A stretch of DNA of 64,000 nt from Gemmatimonadota bacterium (GTDB lineage: Bacteria; Latescibacterota; UBA2968; UBA8231): the NCBI GenBank assembly GCA_018672475.1, contig JABHFS010000154.1, positions 9,640 to 73,639 of the forward strand, written 5' to 3'. This document shows positions 10,001 to 18,196 of this stretch, piece by piece; the first letter of the stretch is position 1; every line of letters begins with the position of its first letter. A model generated the notes under the pieces. That model had not been told where the DNA came from and ran no database searches. It worked only from the letters and a program-made list of their open reading frames with translations. The translations under genes were made by a program, and so were the position numbers.

Positions 10001-11259
10001 AAAAAATACTACTTCCATTGCTTATAATCCTGGCTGGTTGCGGCGGGGAGGATGGGCCCCGTCCCAATGAGCCGACTACGGTCGTGCTGTGGGAATTTGG
10101 TGGGGTGCCGGGTTTGCGTGATTGGGTGCAACAAGCCGTCGAGGAGTTTAACACCAGTCGCTCCGATATCCAGATCGAATTGGAGTTTCGCGATTGGGCG
10201 ACGCAGCGCGAGAGCTTAATCAGCACGACGATCGTCGGCGATGGGCCGGATGTGGTGCGGGTGCACCACAAATACTCGGTGGAATTCGGCGAGTTGGGCG
10301 GTCTGTATCCGCTGGATAATTTCCCCGATTTCCCCCAGGTCAAAGAGCGCGTGCTCGACAATGTCTGGGAACTGGTCGAATACGAAGGCAAGCACTATGG
10401 CCTGCCGGTGACGATGCTGCCCTTCGTGCTGGCGGTCAATACCGATATTATGGCCAAGAAGGGGCTCGACACGCCTCAGACCTGGGAAGAGATGCTGGCA
10501 TTGGGGCCGGAGTTTGCCGGCTCGGGCGTCGATCTTTTTACTATGCCGGGTGGGGTTAATCTGGATACGGCCTATCGCTTCTTGCCACTTTTGTACAAGG
10601 CCGGTGGGCGGGTCTTTAACGAGGATTGGACCAAGGCGGCGTTTAATGGTCCAGCCGGATTGGCGGCGTTGGAGTTTTTGATGGCGATGAAGAACCAGGG
10701 CTATATGCCTCCGGGCAGTGCGGCCTATGCCTTTGATGAGAATGCGGCGCATTGGGCCACGGGTCGCGCGGCGTTCTCTATTGAAGGGCCGTGGTGGCAG
10801 GATATCGTGCACGGCAATTACGAATTCGATCTGAAGAATTTGGCGTTGGCGCAGGTGCCGCGGCCGGCCGAGCACATCGGCCCGCACGAGTCACGGACAT
10901 TGCTCGATGTGATTATGGTGTCGATCACCGGCTATAGCAAGGTGCCCAATGAGGCTTGGGAGGTGATTAAGGCATTGGATCTGGACCACGAGGTTTGGCG
11001 TAACCCCAATCCAACTATGGGCGGGATCCCGACGCTGAAGGCAGCCTATGCCGAAGGCGTGCAATCCGATTATATCAATTTGGATCAGTTGGCCGAGGCC
11101 GGCGCCAATGGGTTGGGTTGGCCCGGACATCCCGCCGTGACCCAAGTCCAGCGCTATATCGCCGACGCGGTCAATATGGCGCTGACCGGCACGATGAGTC
11201 CCAAGGAGGCGCTGGACTTTGCCGCCGAAGAAGTAAACGAGGTTCTACTTGACTACTAG
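9991..11259 (+). CDS. ABC transporter substrate-binding protein (CUT1 sugar family), lipoprotein; tandem paralog
   Basis: Lipobox ILAGCGG. By eye it is about 65-70% identical to the upstream substrate-binding protein over long stretches (HHxYSVEFGELGGLY..LDNF.DFP.VKERVLDN). Confidence 0.8.
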   Translation: MSLKKILLPLLIILAGCGGEDGPRPNEPTTVVLWEFGGVPGLRDWVQQAVEEFNTSRSDIQIELEFRDWATQRESLISTTIVGDGPDVVRVHHKYSVEFGELGGLYPLDNFPDFPQVKERVLDNVWELVEYEGKHYGLPVTMLPFVLAVNTDIMAKKGLDTPQTWEEMLALGPEFAGSGVDLFTMPGGVNLDTAYRFLPLLYKAGGRVFNEDWTKAAFNGPAGLAALEFLMAMKNQGYMPPGSAAYAFDENAAHWATGRAAFSIEGPWWQDIVHGNYEFDLKNLALAQVPRPAEHIGPHESRTLLDVIMVSITGYSKVPNEAWEVIKALDLDHEVWRNPNPTMGGIPTLKAAYAEGVQSDYINLDQLAEAGANGLGWPGHPAVTQVQRYIADAVNMALTGTMSPKEALDFAAEEVNEVLLDY

Positions 11260-12157
11260 TACGAATAATATGCGCAGAAACATGACGCCGTATTATTTCT
11301 TGTTGCCGGCGATGCTGGTCCTAGCGGTGATCATTCTCTACCCGGTCGTTAGTAACCTGATAATGAGCGTTTATAAGGTAAAGCTCTTTCGTGGGGCCGG
11401 TGACGAATTTATCGGCATGACGAACTACGCCAAGCTCTTGGGCAGCCGCACGTTCGTTAATAGCATCTGGAGTTCGGTGCGTTTTACGGTGTATTCGCTG
11501 CCGGTGGCTTTTGTGTTGGGTCTGGGCATGGCGTTGATCTTTAATGAGATTAAGAAATACCGGCCGGTTTTCACGGGCTTCCTGCTGGTGCCCTGGGCCA
11601 TCGCCCCGGTGGTCACCGGTTATATGTGGCGCTGGCTTTTCCACGACACTTTCGGCCTGGTCAACTACGCGCTATTGAGTCTGGGTATTATCGACGCCAA
11701 TATCCCGTGGCTGGCTCAGCCGGATACTGCGGTCGGCGCGGTAGTCGTCGCAAATGTCTGGCGCTTTATGCCTTATATCACCATCATGCTCTTGGCGGGT
11801 TTGCAAGGGGTCTCGACTGAGCTATACGAGGCGGCGCATGTCGACGGGGCCAATATCTTCGAGCGTTTTTTCCACGTGACCTTGCCGCAGCTCAAACACG
11901 TGATCGGGGTGGTTTTCCTCTTCGCCACGATCTGGATGGTCAACGACTTTGCGCTGATCTTCATTATGACCGAAGGCGGCCCGGCCAAGGCGACGCAGGT
12001 GGTACCGATCACAGTCTATCGCATCGCCTTCGAGCATTTGCGCCTGGGCAAGGGCGCGGCGGCGGCACTGATCCTGCTACTCTTTCTGTTGTCGATGAGC
12101 ATGCTCTTTATCCGCGTACTCTTCCGCGAGCAGAGGAAAAAAGCCGATGCGAGTTAA
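11249..12157 (+). CDS. ABC transporter permease (MalF/UgpA-like)
   Basis: Six TM helices with an EAA-type loop (EAAHVDGANIFERFFHVTLPQL). Confidence 0.85.
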   Translation: MTTSTNNMRRNMTPYYFLLPAMLVLAVIILYPVVSNLIMSVYKVKLFRGAGDEFIGMTNYAKLLGSRTFVNSIWSSVRFTVYSLPVAFVLGLGMALIFNEIKKYRPVFTGFLLVPWAIAPVVTGYMWRWLFHDTFGLVNYALLSLGIIDANIPWLAQPDTAVGAVVVANVWRFMPYITIMLLAGLQGVSTELYEAAHVDGANIFERFFHVTLPQLKHVIGVVFLFATIWMVNDFALIFIMTEGGPAKATQVVPITVYRIAFEHLRLGKGAAAALILLLFLLSMSMLFIRVLFREQRKKADAS

Positions 12158-12986
12158 GACGCAGGCCAAGATCCGCACCTGGTTGGCCTATGGCTTGGGC
12201 GGCACATTCGTATTCGCGCTGGTGTTGCCGTTGATCTGGGTGGTAACGACTTCGGTCAGGCCACTTTCCGAGATGACGCAGACACCGCCGTTGATTTTCC
12301 CGCGTTCGATCACCTTCGACGCCTATGTCGATCTGTGGGATACGGGTCCCTTCGCGAAATATTTCATAAATAGCGTGGTGATCTCCTTTTCGACAGCGCT
12401 GATCGCCCTGATCTTTAGCATTTGCGCCGCCTATGCCTTCGCGCGTTTTCGTTTTAAGGGCGCGACCTTGCTGCTGATGGTAGTGGTGATGTCGCAGATG
12501 TTGCCGGGCTCGTCGATTCTGATCCCGCTGTTTCAGGTGATCCGCGCGATGGGGTTGCTCGATACACATGTGGGCATGGTGCTGATCTATACGGGTTTCG
12601 CCATCCCGTTCTGTACCTGGTTGCTCAACGGTTATTTCCGCGCGATCCCGGTCGATCTTGAACAGGCGGCGTTGATCGACGGATGCAATCGGCTAGAACT
12701 GCTCTATATGATTATTTTGCCGCTGGCGGCGCCGGCCATCGTCGCGGTGGGCACGTTCGCTTTTCTGCTTTCCTGGAATGAGTTTTTGTTCGCCTTTGTC
12801 TTTACTAAATCTCAGGCGTTGACAATTCCGGTCGGGTTGCGGGCGGCATTTTTGGGGCAGTACGTCAATAAATACGATCAGTTGTTTGCGGCTTCGTTGA
12901 TCTTTAGTTTGCCGCCGATCGCTTTGTTTGTGGGGTTGCAGCGGTATTTTGTGCAAGGGTTGACAGCAGGGGCGGTGAAGGAGTAA
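12147..12986 (+). CDS. ABC transporter permease (MalG/UgpE-like)
   Basis: EAA motif (EQAALIDGCNRLELLYMIILPLAAPA). The start overlaps the upstream permease gene. Confidence 0.85.
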   Translation: MRVKTQAKIRTWLAYGLGGTFVFALVLPLIWVVTTSVRPLSEMTQTPPLIFPRSITFDAYVDLWDTGPFAKYFINSVVISFSTALIALIFSICAAYAFARFRFKGATLLLMVVVMSQMLPGSSILIPLFQVIRAMGLLDTHVGMVLIYTGFAIPFCTWLLNGYFRAIPVDLEQAALIDGCNRLELLYMIILPLAAPAIVAVGTFAFLLSWNEFLFAFVFTKSQALTIPVGLRAAFLGQYVNKYDQLFAASLIFSLPPIALFVGLQRYFVQGLTAGAVKE

Positions 12987-13005
12987 ATCTGGGGTGCGCC
13001 TCGTG

Positions 13006-13033
13006 CTGCGGGCTGACCGCGGCAGGTATTTTT
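13006..13033 (+). terminator. weak candidate intrinsic terminator after the permease operon
   Basis: Short GC stem (ctgcgg..ccgcggcag) followed by gtattttt. Confidence 0.3.
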
Positions 13034-13954
13034 CAATCCCCCAGGCCGTCGCCCCTCGCAGCGCTTGTGCGCTGACTCACCACAATCCTGCCCGAACCGA
13101 GGCCCTACGTGGCTCGGACCTCATACCCCCCCCTTAAACACTGGCCGCGGCCACCCCCTCCGCTGGGCCAATGCATGAGCTGAGGGTTTTCAGAGATATC
13201 CTAGTGTATCACTTTTTATATTTTGTGATGCACTAAGCCGTAGTAGACCCCTCTTTTATAGCAAGAAGCTTCTGGCCCGCGTCCCGCCATACTCGCCTTT
13301 GCGGAATTGTTAAATACCCTTGAACGCAAGCAACTGGTTTGAATTCAGCAAAAGAGACGGTAAGAAAACTATATGCCCACACTGGATTGGATCGGAAAAA
13401 ACTGTAGCCAAACACCATAAGGATGTGCCTTCTCGGTGTTTGGAGCCGGTAGCAGAACGCACCCCCCGGCAGCGATGTCCACAGTGCAGACAAAGGGCTA
13501 TTTTTTCACCTCTTGAGTTGGATGATGCGAGCGTAGCGATCAGTAAAAATACCCAACAATTTCGATGAGGCGGTAAAACCAGGAAAAGCAAAGAGCGCTC
13601 GTATGGACTCAGGGGGCATCGCGTTTTCCTATATCGAAAAATAAAACCGTTTCTTTCTGTCACAACATGAATAAATCTACTACTATTTCAGGATAACGCT
13701 TTGATTTACATTGGTTTTACCCACACGTTTCCGCGTAGACCCAATTTTATATCTACGCCTCGCCGTACGGAGCTGTAAAAGTTTTTGCAATGATCGCGGA
13801 ACGGGTGAAGGTGGCGGCGCCATCCGCCGAGCAGCACGTTGCGGATTGTTTGCAAGCAGACGTTCGTTTTGGGATACCGCTGGGGCATATAAATATTTAC
13901 GGGGGAATAGACCGTACTTTTACCGAGCTTAGCTTTTAATCGGAGAATTTAACA

Positions 13955-14941
13955 ATGTTAAAGAAACTGCTGCTGTTTTCCTTTGTCGCGCTTATGGCCT
14001 GCGGGCAAGAGGAAAGCGGGCCGAAAAAAATAAAAATCGGCTATGTGATCAACTTTATGTCGCACGAGTGGTACCAAAATATCAGTAAGTCGGCCATCGC
14101 GCGCGCGGCGGAGTTGGATGTCGAACTGCTCGTCGCGGATGCTAACCTCGATGTCGCGGCACAGATTTCTAAGGCCGAGAATTTTCTCGCGCAGGGCGTC
14201 GACGTGTTGATCTTGTCACCGGTCGACGCCAAGGCAATGGGGCCGATCGTGCGCCAGGCTAAGGAGGTCGGCGCGCGCGTCTTCACCGAGTCGAACCCGG
14301 TGCCAGGCGCCGACAGCTATGTCGGAATCGACAACCACGTCGGCGGAGTTAAGGCGGGGGAGTGGTTTGTCGAATATGCCAGGGAGAAGGGGATCGAGCC
14401 CAAGATCCTGGTGATCGGCTTGCCGAACTTTGAGGATTGCCGGCAAAGGGTCGACGGCTTTAAGGAGGCGCTCGAAAAGGGGGGTATGGCCTATGAGATC
14501 GTGCAGGAGGTCGATGGACAGGGGATGAAGGAGAAGGCGTTCAAGGCGGCGCAGGACGCGCTGACGGCGAACCCGCAGATCAATGTGATCTACGGGATCA
14601 ACGACGATTCGACGACCGGCGGTATGGCGGCCTATAAGGCGGCGGGCCTAGACGAGTCGAAGTTGACGGCCATTGGTTTTGGTTTTGAGGGCACGGTGGG
14701 GCAGGCGGCGTTGACCGGCGATACGACCTACCGGGCGGCGCTGGCGATGTTTCCCAATTTTGTTGGCGCGTCTTTGGTCGACGCGGCGGTGAAACTGGCC
14801 AAGGGCGAAGAGTTGCCGCCGCATTACGAGACGCCGACTATCGTGCTTACCCGCGATAATATCGATCAGTTCTACGATCGCAGCACCGAGCCGCCTTTTG
14901 CATTGAAGACGGACGCGGTGCGGGCGATGATGCCAAAATGA
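13955..14941 (+). CDS. periplasmic sugar-binding protein (RbsB/LacI-family fold, CUT2 ABC)
   Basis: Signal peptide plus periplasmic-binding-protein type I pattern (KIGYVINFMSHEWYQNI..., GVDVLILSPVD). Confidence 0.8.
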   Translation: MLKKLLLFSFVALMACGQEESGPKKIKIGYVINFMSHEWYQNISKSAIARAAELDVELLVADANLDVAAQISKAENFLAQGVDVLILSPVDAKAMGPIVRQAKEVGARVFTESNPVPGADSYVGIDNHVGGVKAGEWFVEYAREKGIEPKILVIGLPNFEDCRQRVDGFKEALEKGGMAYEIVQEVDGQGMKEKAFKAAQDALTANPQINVIYGINDDSTTGGMAAYKAAGLDESKLTAIGFGFEGTVGQAALTGDTTYRAALAMFPNFVGASLVDAAVKLAKGEELPPHYETPTIVLTRDNIDQFYDRSTEPPFALKTDAVRAMMPK

Positions 14942-15921
14942 GCAAGATTTTTTCACGGATTTTTCACAGTGAGCAGGCCGGTTTGTTATTGGCGTTGCTC
15001 GTGCTCTGTTTGGTTATTTCGCTGCTGTCGCCAGTTTTTTTCACCGCGATTAATATCAAGAACGTGCTGCGTGACGCCTCGCTGATCGCCATCGCCGGAA
15101 TCGGTATGGTGATGATTATCCTACTCGGTGAGATCGATTTGAGCGTCGGCTCGACGCAGGCGGTGGCTGGGGTCATTGCGGTGGCGGTGCTCAACCAGAT
15201 GGACAGCGTGTGGTGGGCGTTATTGGCGGCGCTATTGGCCGGGGCATTAGTGGGTTTGTGCAATGGGCTGCTGGTGACCAAGGCGGGCATTAATTCGTTG
15301 ATCGCGACGCTGGGCACTATGGCGATTTTGCGCGGCGGGGCGATGGTCAGCACCCAGGCGGTGTCGATCCAGGGCAAGGTCGAAGGTTTTGTCGAGGTGG
15401 GCACTGGGTATTTGGGGCCGGTGCCAATACCGGTGTTATTGGCCTTCTTGCTTTTTGGACTATTCTATTACGTGCTGCACCATACGATTCTCGGCCGGTA
15501 TATATACGCTATCGGCGGCAATATTCAGGCGGCCCGGCTTTCGGGTTTGGCCGTCGACCGCACGCGAGTTCTGGTTTATGTGATCGGTGGGGTGCTGGCG
15601 GCGTTGAGCGCTTTTATTTTGGCCTCGCGGCTCAACTCCGGGCAACCGAACGCGGGTTTGGGTTTTGAGTTACAGGTCATCGCGGCGGTGATCCTCGGCG
15701 GTATTAGTTTGACCGGCGGGATCGGGACTTTGGGTGGGGCCTTTATCGGGATTCTGATCTTGACGGTGCTCTCCAATGGTTTGGTACTGCTCAATGTGTC
15801 GTCCTTTTACCACGATATTGCGCGCGGCGCGGTGATTATCCTGGCGGTATATCTCGATACTCGGCGCAAGCAGAGTTTGCTGCGGCGTCTGTTGGCGCCC
15901 CCATCCGAAAGCAATTCATGA
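14938..15921 (+). CDS. ABC sugar permease (RbsC-like)
   Basis: Branched-chain/ribose permease family topology. ATGA overlap with the upstream substrate-binding-protein gene. Confidence 0.85.
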   Translation: MSKIFSRIFHSEQAGLLLALLVLCLVISLLSPVFFTAINIKNVLRDASLIAIAGIGMVMIILLGEIDLSVGSTQAVAGVIAVAVLNQMDSVWWALLAALLAGALVGLCNGLLVTKAGINSLIATLGTMAILRGGAMVSTQAVSIQGKVEGFVEVGTGYLGPVPIPVLLAFLLFGLFYYVLHHTILGRYIYAIGGNIQAARLSGLAVDRTRVLVYVIGGVLAALSAFILASRLNSGQPNAGLGFELQVIAAVILGGISLTGGIGTLGGAFIGILILTVLSNGLVLLNVSSFYHDIARGAVIILAVYLDTRRKQSLLRRLLAPPSESNS

Positions 15922-17408
15922 CGCCATTAGTTGAGCTCGTCGGTATCCACAAGCGCTTTCCTGGGGTCTATGCACTCAAGGGCGTGGACTTCGACGTGCG
16001 GGCCGGCGAGGTGCACGCGCTGGTCGGCGAAAATGGCGCGGGCAAGAGCACGTTGATAAAGGTCGCGGCCGGGGTGCATGATTTCGAAAAGGGCAGCTAC
16101 CGTATCGCGGGGCAGGCGGTGGATATCCGCCATCCGCGCCAGGCCCTCGACGAGGGTATCGCGGTGGTCTACCAGGAGTTGGAATTGGTCTTGTCGTTGT
16201 CGGTGGCGGAGAATCTATTCTTCGGGCGCTTGCCGCACGATCGCGGTGGCCGGGTGCGTTGGGGCGAGCTCTACGACGAGTCGGAGAAGCTATTGGCGGA
16301 GGTCGGGCTGGAGGTCGATCCCAAGACCAAGGTTGGGCACTTGGGCGTGGCGGCGCAGCAATTGGTCGAGATCGCGCGGGCGTTGTCGTTTGCGGCCAAG
16401 GTGATCATTATGGACGAGCCGACCTCGGCGCTGAGCCCGCGTGAGATCGAGAAACTCTTTGTGCTGGTTGCCCGGCTCAAGGCGCGCGGCGTGGGGCTGG
16501 TCTATGTCTCGCACAAGCTCGACGAGATTATGGCGTTGGCCGACCGAGTCACGGTCTTGCGCGACGGGCAGCGGGTCGCCTGCAAAGAGACCGTCGACCT
16601 CGATGAAGATCGATTGATCGAACTGATGGTCGGGCGCGAGTTGGGGCAGGGTTTTCCCGCCGCCGGGCGCGAGCCGGGTGAAAACGTGTTGGAGGTGCAG
16701 GGGCTGACGACGGATCAGGTGCAGGATATTTCTTTCCGGGTTTGTGCGGGGGAGATCGTTGGTTTTTCTGGATTGATGGGTGCGGGCCGTACCGAATTGG
16801 CGAGGGGCTTGATGGGGGTGGACCGGCGGTTGGCCGGTTCGGTGGTGATTGCGGGGGTGCCGGTGCCGGCTAATAAACCGCCGGCGGCGCGGAATTTGGG
16901 GCTTGGGTTGGTGCCGGAAGATCGGCGGGCAGACGGGGTTTTTGCGCAATTGAGCGTGCGCGAGAACACGAGTGTGGCAGCGCTGGAACAATTCTGCCGT
17001 CTGGGGTATGTGCAGGGTGGGCTTGAGCGGCGGCAAGTGGGCGGGCTGGTGGAGCGGCTCAAGGTGCGCACGCCGGACCAGGAACAGGAGATGGCCAAGC
17101 TCAGTGGCGGCAATCAGCAGAAGGCACTATTGGCCCGTTGGCTGTTAAAAGAAAACCTCAAAGTGTTGCTGATCGACGAGCCGACTCGGGGTATCGATGT
17201 CGGCGCCAAGGCCGAGATTTACCAATTGTTGGACGAATTGGCGCGCGGTGGTTTGGCGGTGGTATTGCTCTCGTCGGAAATGCCGGAGATACTAGGGCTA
17301 TGTGATCGAATTTACGTGATGAGCCAAGGGCGGATCGCCGCCGAATACGGGCGGGCGGAGGCCACGCCGGAAAAGCTTCTGGCCAGTGCCTTGCCGAATG
17401 TATATTGA
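15918..17408 (+). CDS. sugar ABC ATP-binding protein with duplicated ABC domains (RbsA-like)
   Basis: Two Walker A sites (GENGAGKST / GLMGAGRTE) and two signature motifs (LSGGNQQK). Confidence 0.9.
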   Translation: MTPLVELVGIHKRFPGVYALKGVDFDVRAGEVHALVGENGAGKSTLIKVAAGVHDFEKGSYRIAGQAVDIRHPRQALDEGIAVVYQELELVLSLSVAENLFFGRLPHDRGGRVRWGELYDESEKLLAEVGLEVDPKTKVGHLGVAAQQLVEIARALSFAAKVIIMDEPTSALSPREIEKLFVLVARLKARGVGLVYVSHKLDEIMALADRVTVLRDGQRVACKETVDLDEDRLIELMVGRELGQGFPAAGREPGENVLEVQGLTTDQVQDISFRVCAGEIVGFSGLMGAGRTELARGLMGVDRRLAGSVVIAGVPVPANKPPAARNLGLGLVPEDRRADGVFAQLSVRENTSVAALEQFCRLGYVQGGLERRQVGGLVERLKVRTPDQEQEMAKLSGGNQQKALLARWLLKENLKVLLIDEPTRGIDVGAKAEIYQLLDELARGGLAVVLLSSEMPEILGLCDRIYVMSQGRIAAEYGRAEATPEKLLASALPNVY

Positions 17409-17427
17409 ACTCTATGGAGCGGAATAG

Positions 17428-18084
17428 ATGAACGACGGGCAAGAGGGCACAGTGCGGGTATTGCTCAAAGACCAGGCCTATGAGAATCTGAAAAAGCTCA
17501 TTCTCGAAGAGGTGTTCGCGCCGGGGACAGTTCTCTCCGAGCGGCAATTGGCGGCGCGGTTGGATATGAGCAAGACCCCGATCCTCTCGGCGTTAGAGCG
17601 GCTGGAGACGGAGGGGTTTGTCGCGGTGTCGCCGGAGCAGGGGATCGTAGTAAGGGAACCGTCGTTGCGCGAGATCGTTGACCTCTTCGATATTCGCATC
17701 GCGTTGGAGGTTTTTGTAGTGCAGTCGATCGCCGGGCGACTGAACTCCGAGCAGATTAGTCGGCTACAGGCCAACTTGCAGCCGCAAGCCCGGGCCGCGC
17801 AAGCTAAGGATTTGGTTGAGTGTACGCGTTTGGACGCGGATTTTCATTTGCTGCTCTGCGAGTTTTTAGATAACCGAGAGATTCTGCAGGTGATGCGCGG
17901 GTTGCGCGACAAACTGTATCTGGTGGTGCTGGGGTTGGTGCGGTCGGATACGGGGCGGCTGATGATCAGCTATGGGGAACATGAGGCGATTGTCGAGGCG
18001 GTGGTGAAGGGGCAAGGTGAGGAGGCGGCTAGGCGGTCGAAGGAGCATTTGGAATATGGTAAGAACTTTTTAGTAACGCGGTAG
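17428..18084 (+). CDS. GntR-family transcriptional regulator (FadR/FCD subfamily)
   Basis: N-terminal wHTH (LSERQLAARLDMSKTPILSALERLETEGFV) plus a C-terminal FCD-like helical domain. Confidence 0.85.
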   Translation: MNDGQEGTVRVLLKDQAYENLKKLILEEVFAPGTVLSERQLAARLDMSKTPILSALERLETEGFVAVSPEQGIVVREPSLREIVDLFDIRIALEVFVVQSIAGRLNSEQISRLQANLQPQARAAQAKDLVECTRLDADFHLLLCEFLDNREILQVMRGLRDKLYLVVLGLVRSDTGRLMISYGEHEAIVEAVVKGQGEEAARRSKEHLEYGKNFLVTR

Positions 18085-18196
18085 CTAATGGTCGCAGGTC
18101 CTTGCGGGAAACTTCCTGTGTGGGCGAACATTTTGCAGCTATGTATTCGACTTACGACGGAGATATCAGTAAGATATTTCGCAAAAAGGAGGGCAT

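Noticed and set aside
13320-13568. Short ORFs (82-117 aa) inside the AT-shifted spacer
   Set aside because: No RBS, atypical composition and no motifs. They were kept only as part of the non-coding spacer finding.
16290-17036. Long antisense ORFs inside real genes (e.g. 16290-17036, 10216-10887, 29371-30234, 36346-37389, 46998-48053, 56170-57426, 5348-5713)
   Set aside because: They have low-complexity Arg/Pro/Ala-rich translations typical of the opposite strand of high-GC coding DNA. Each fully overlaps a well-supported gene on the other strand.
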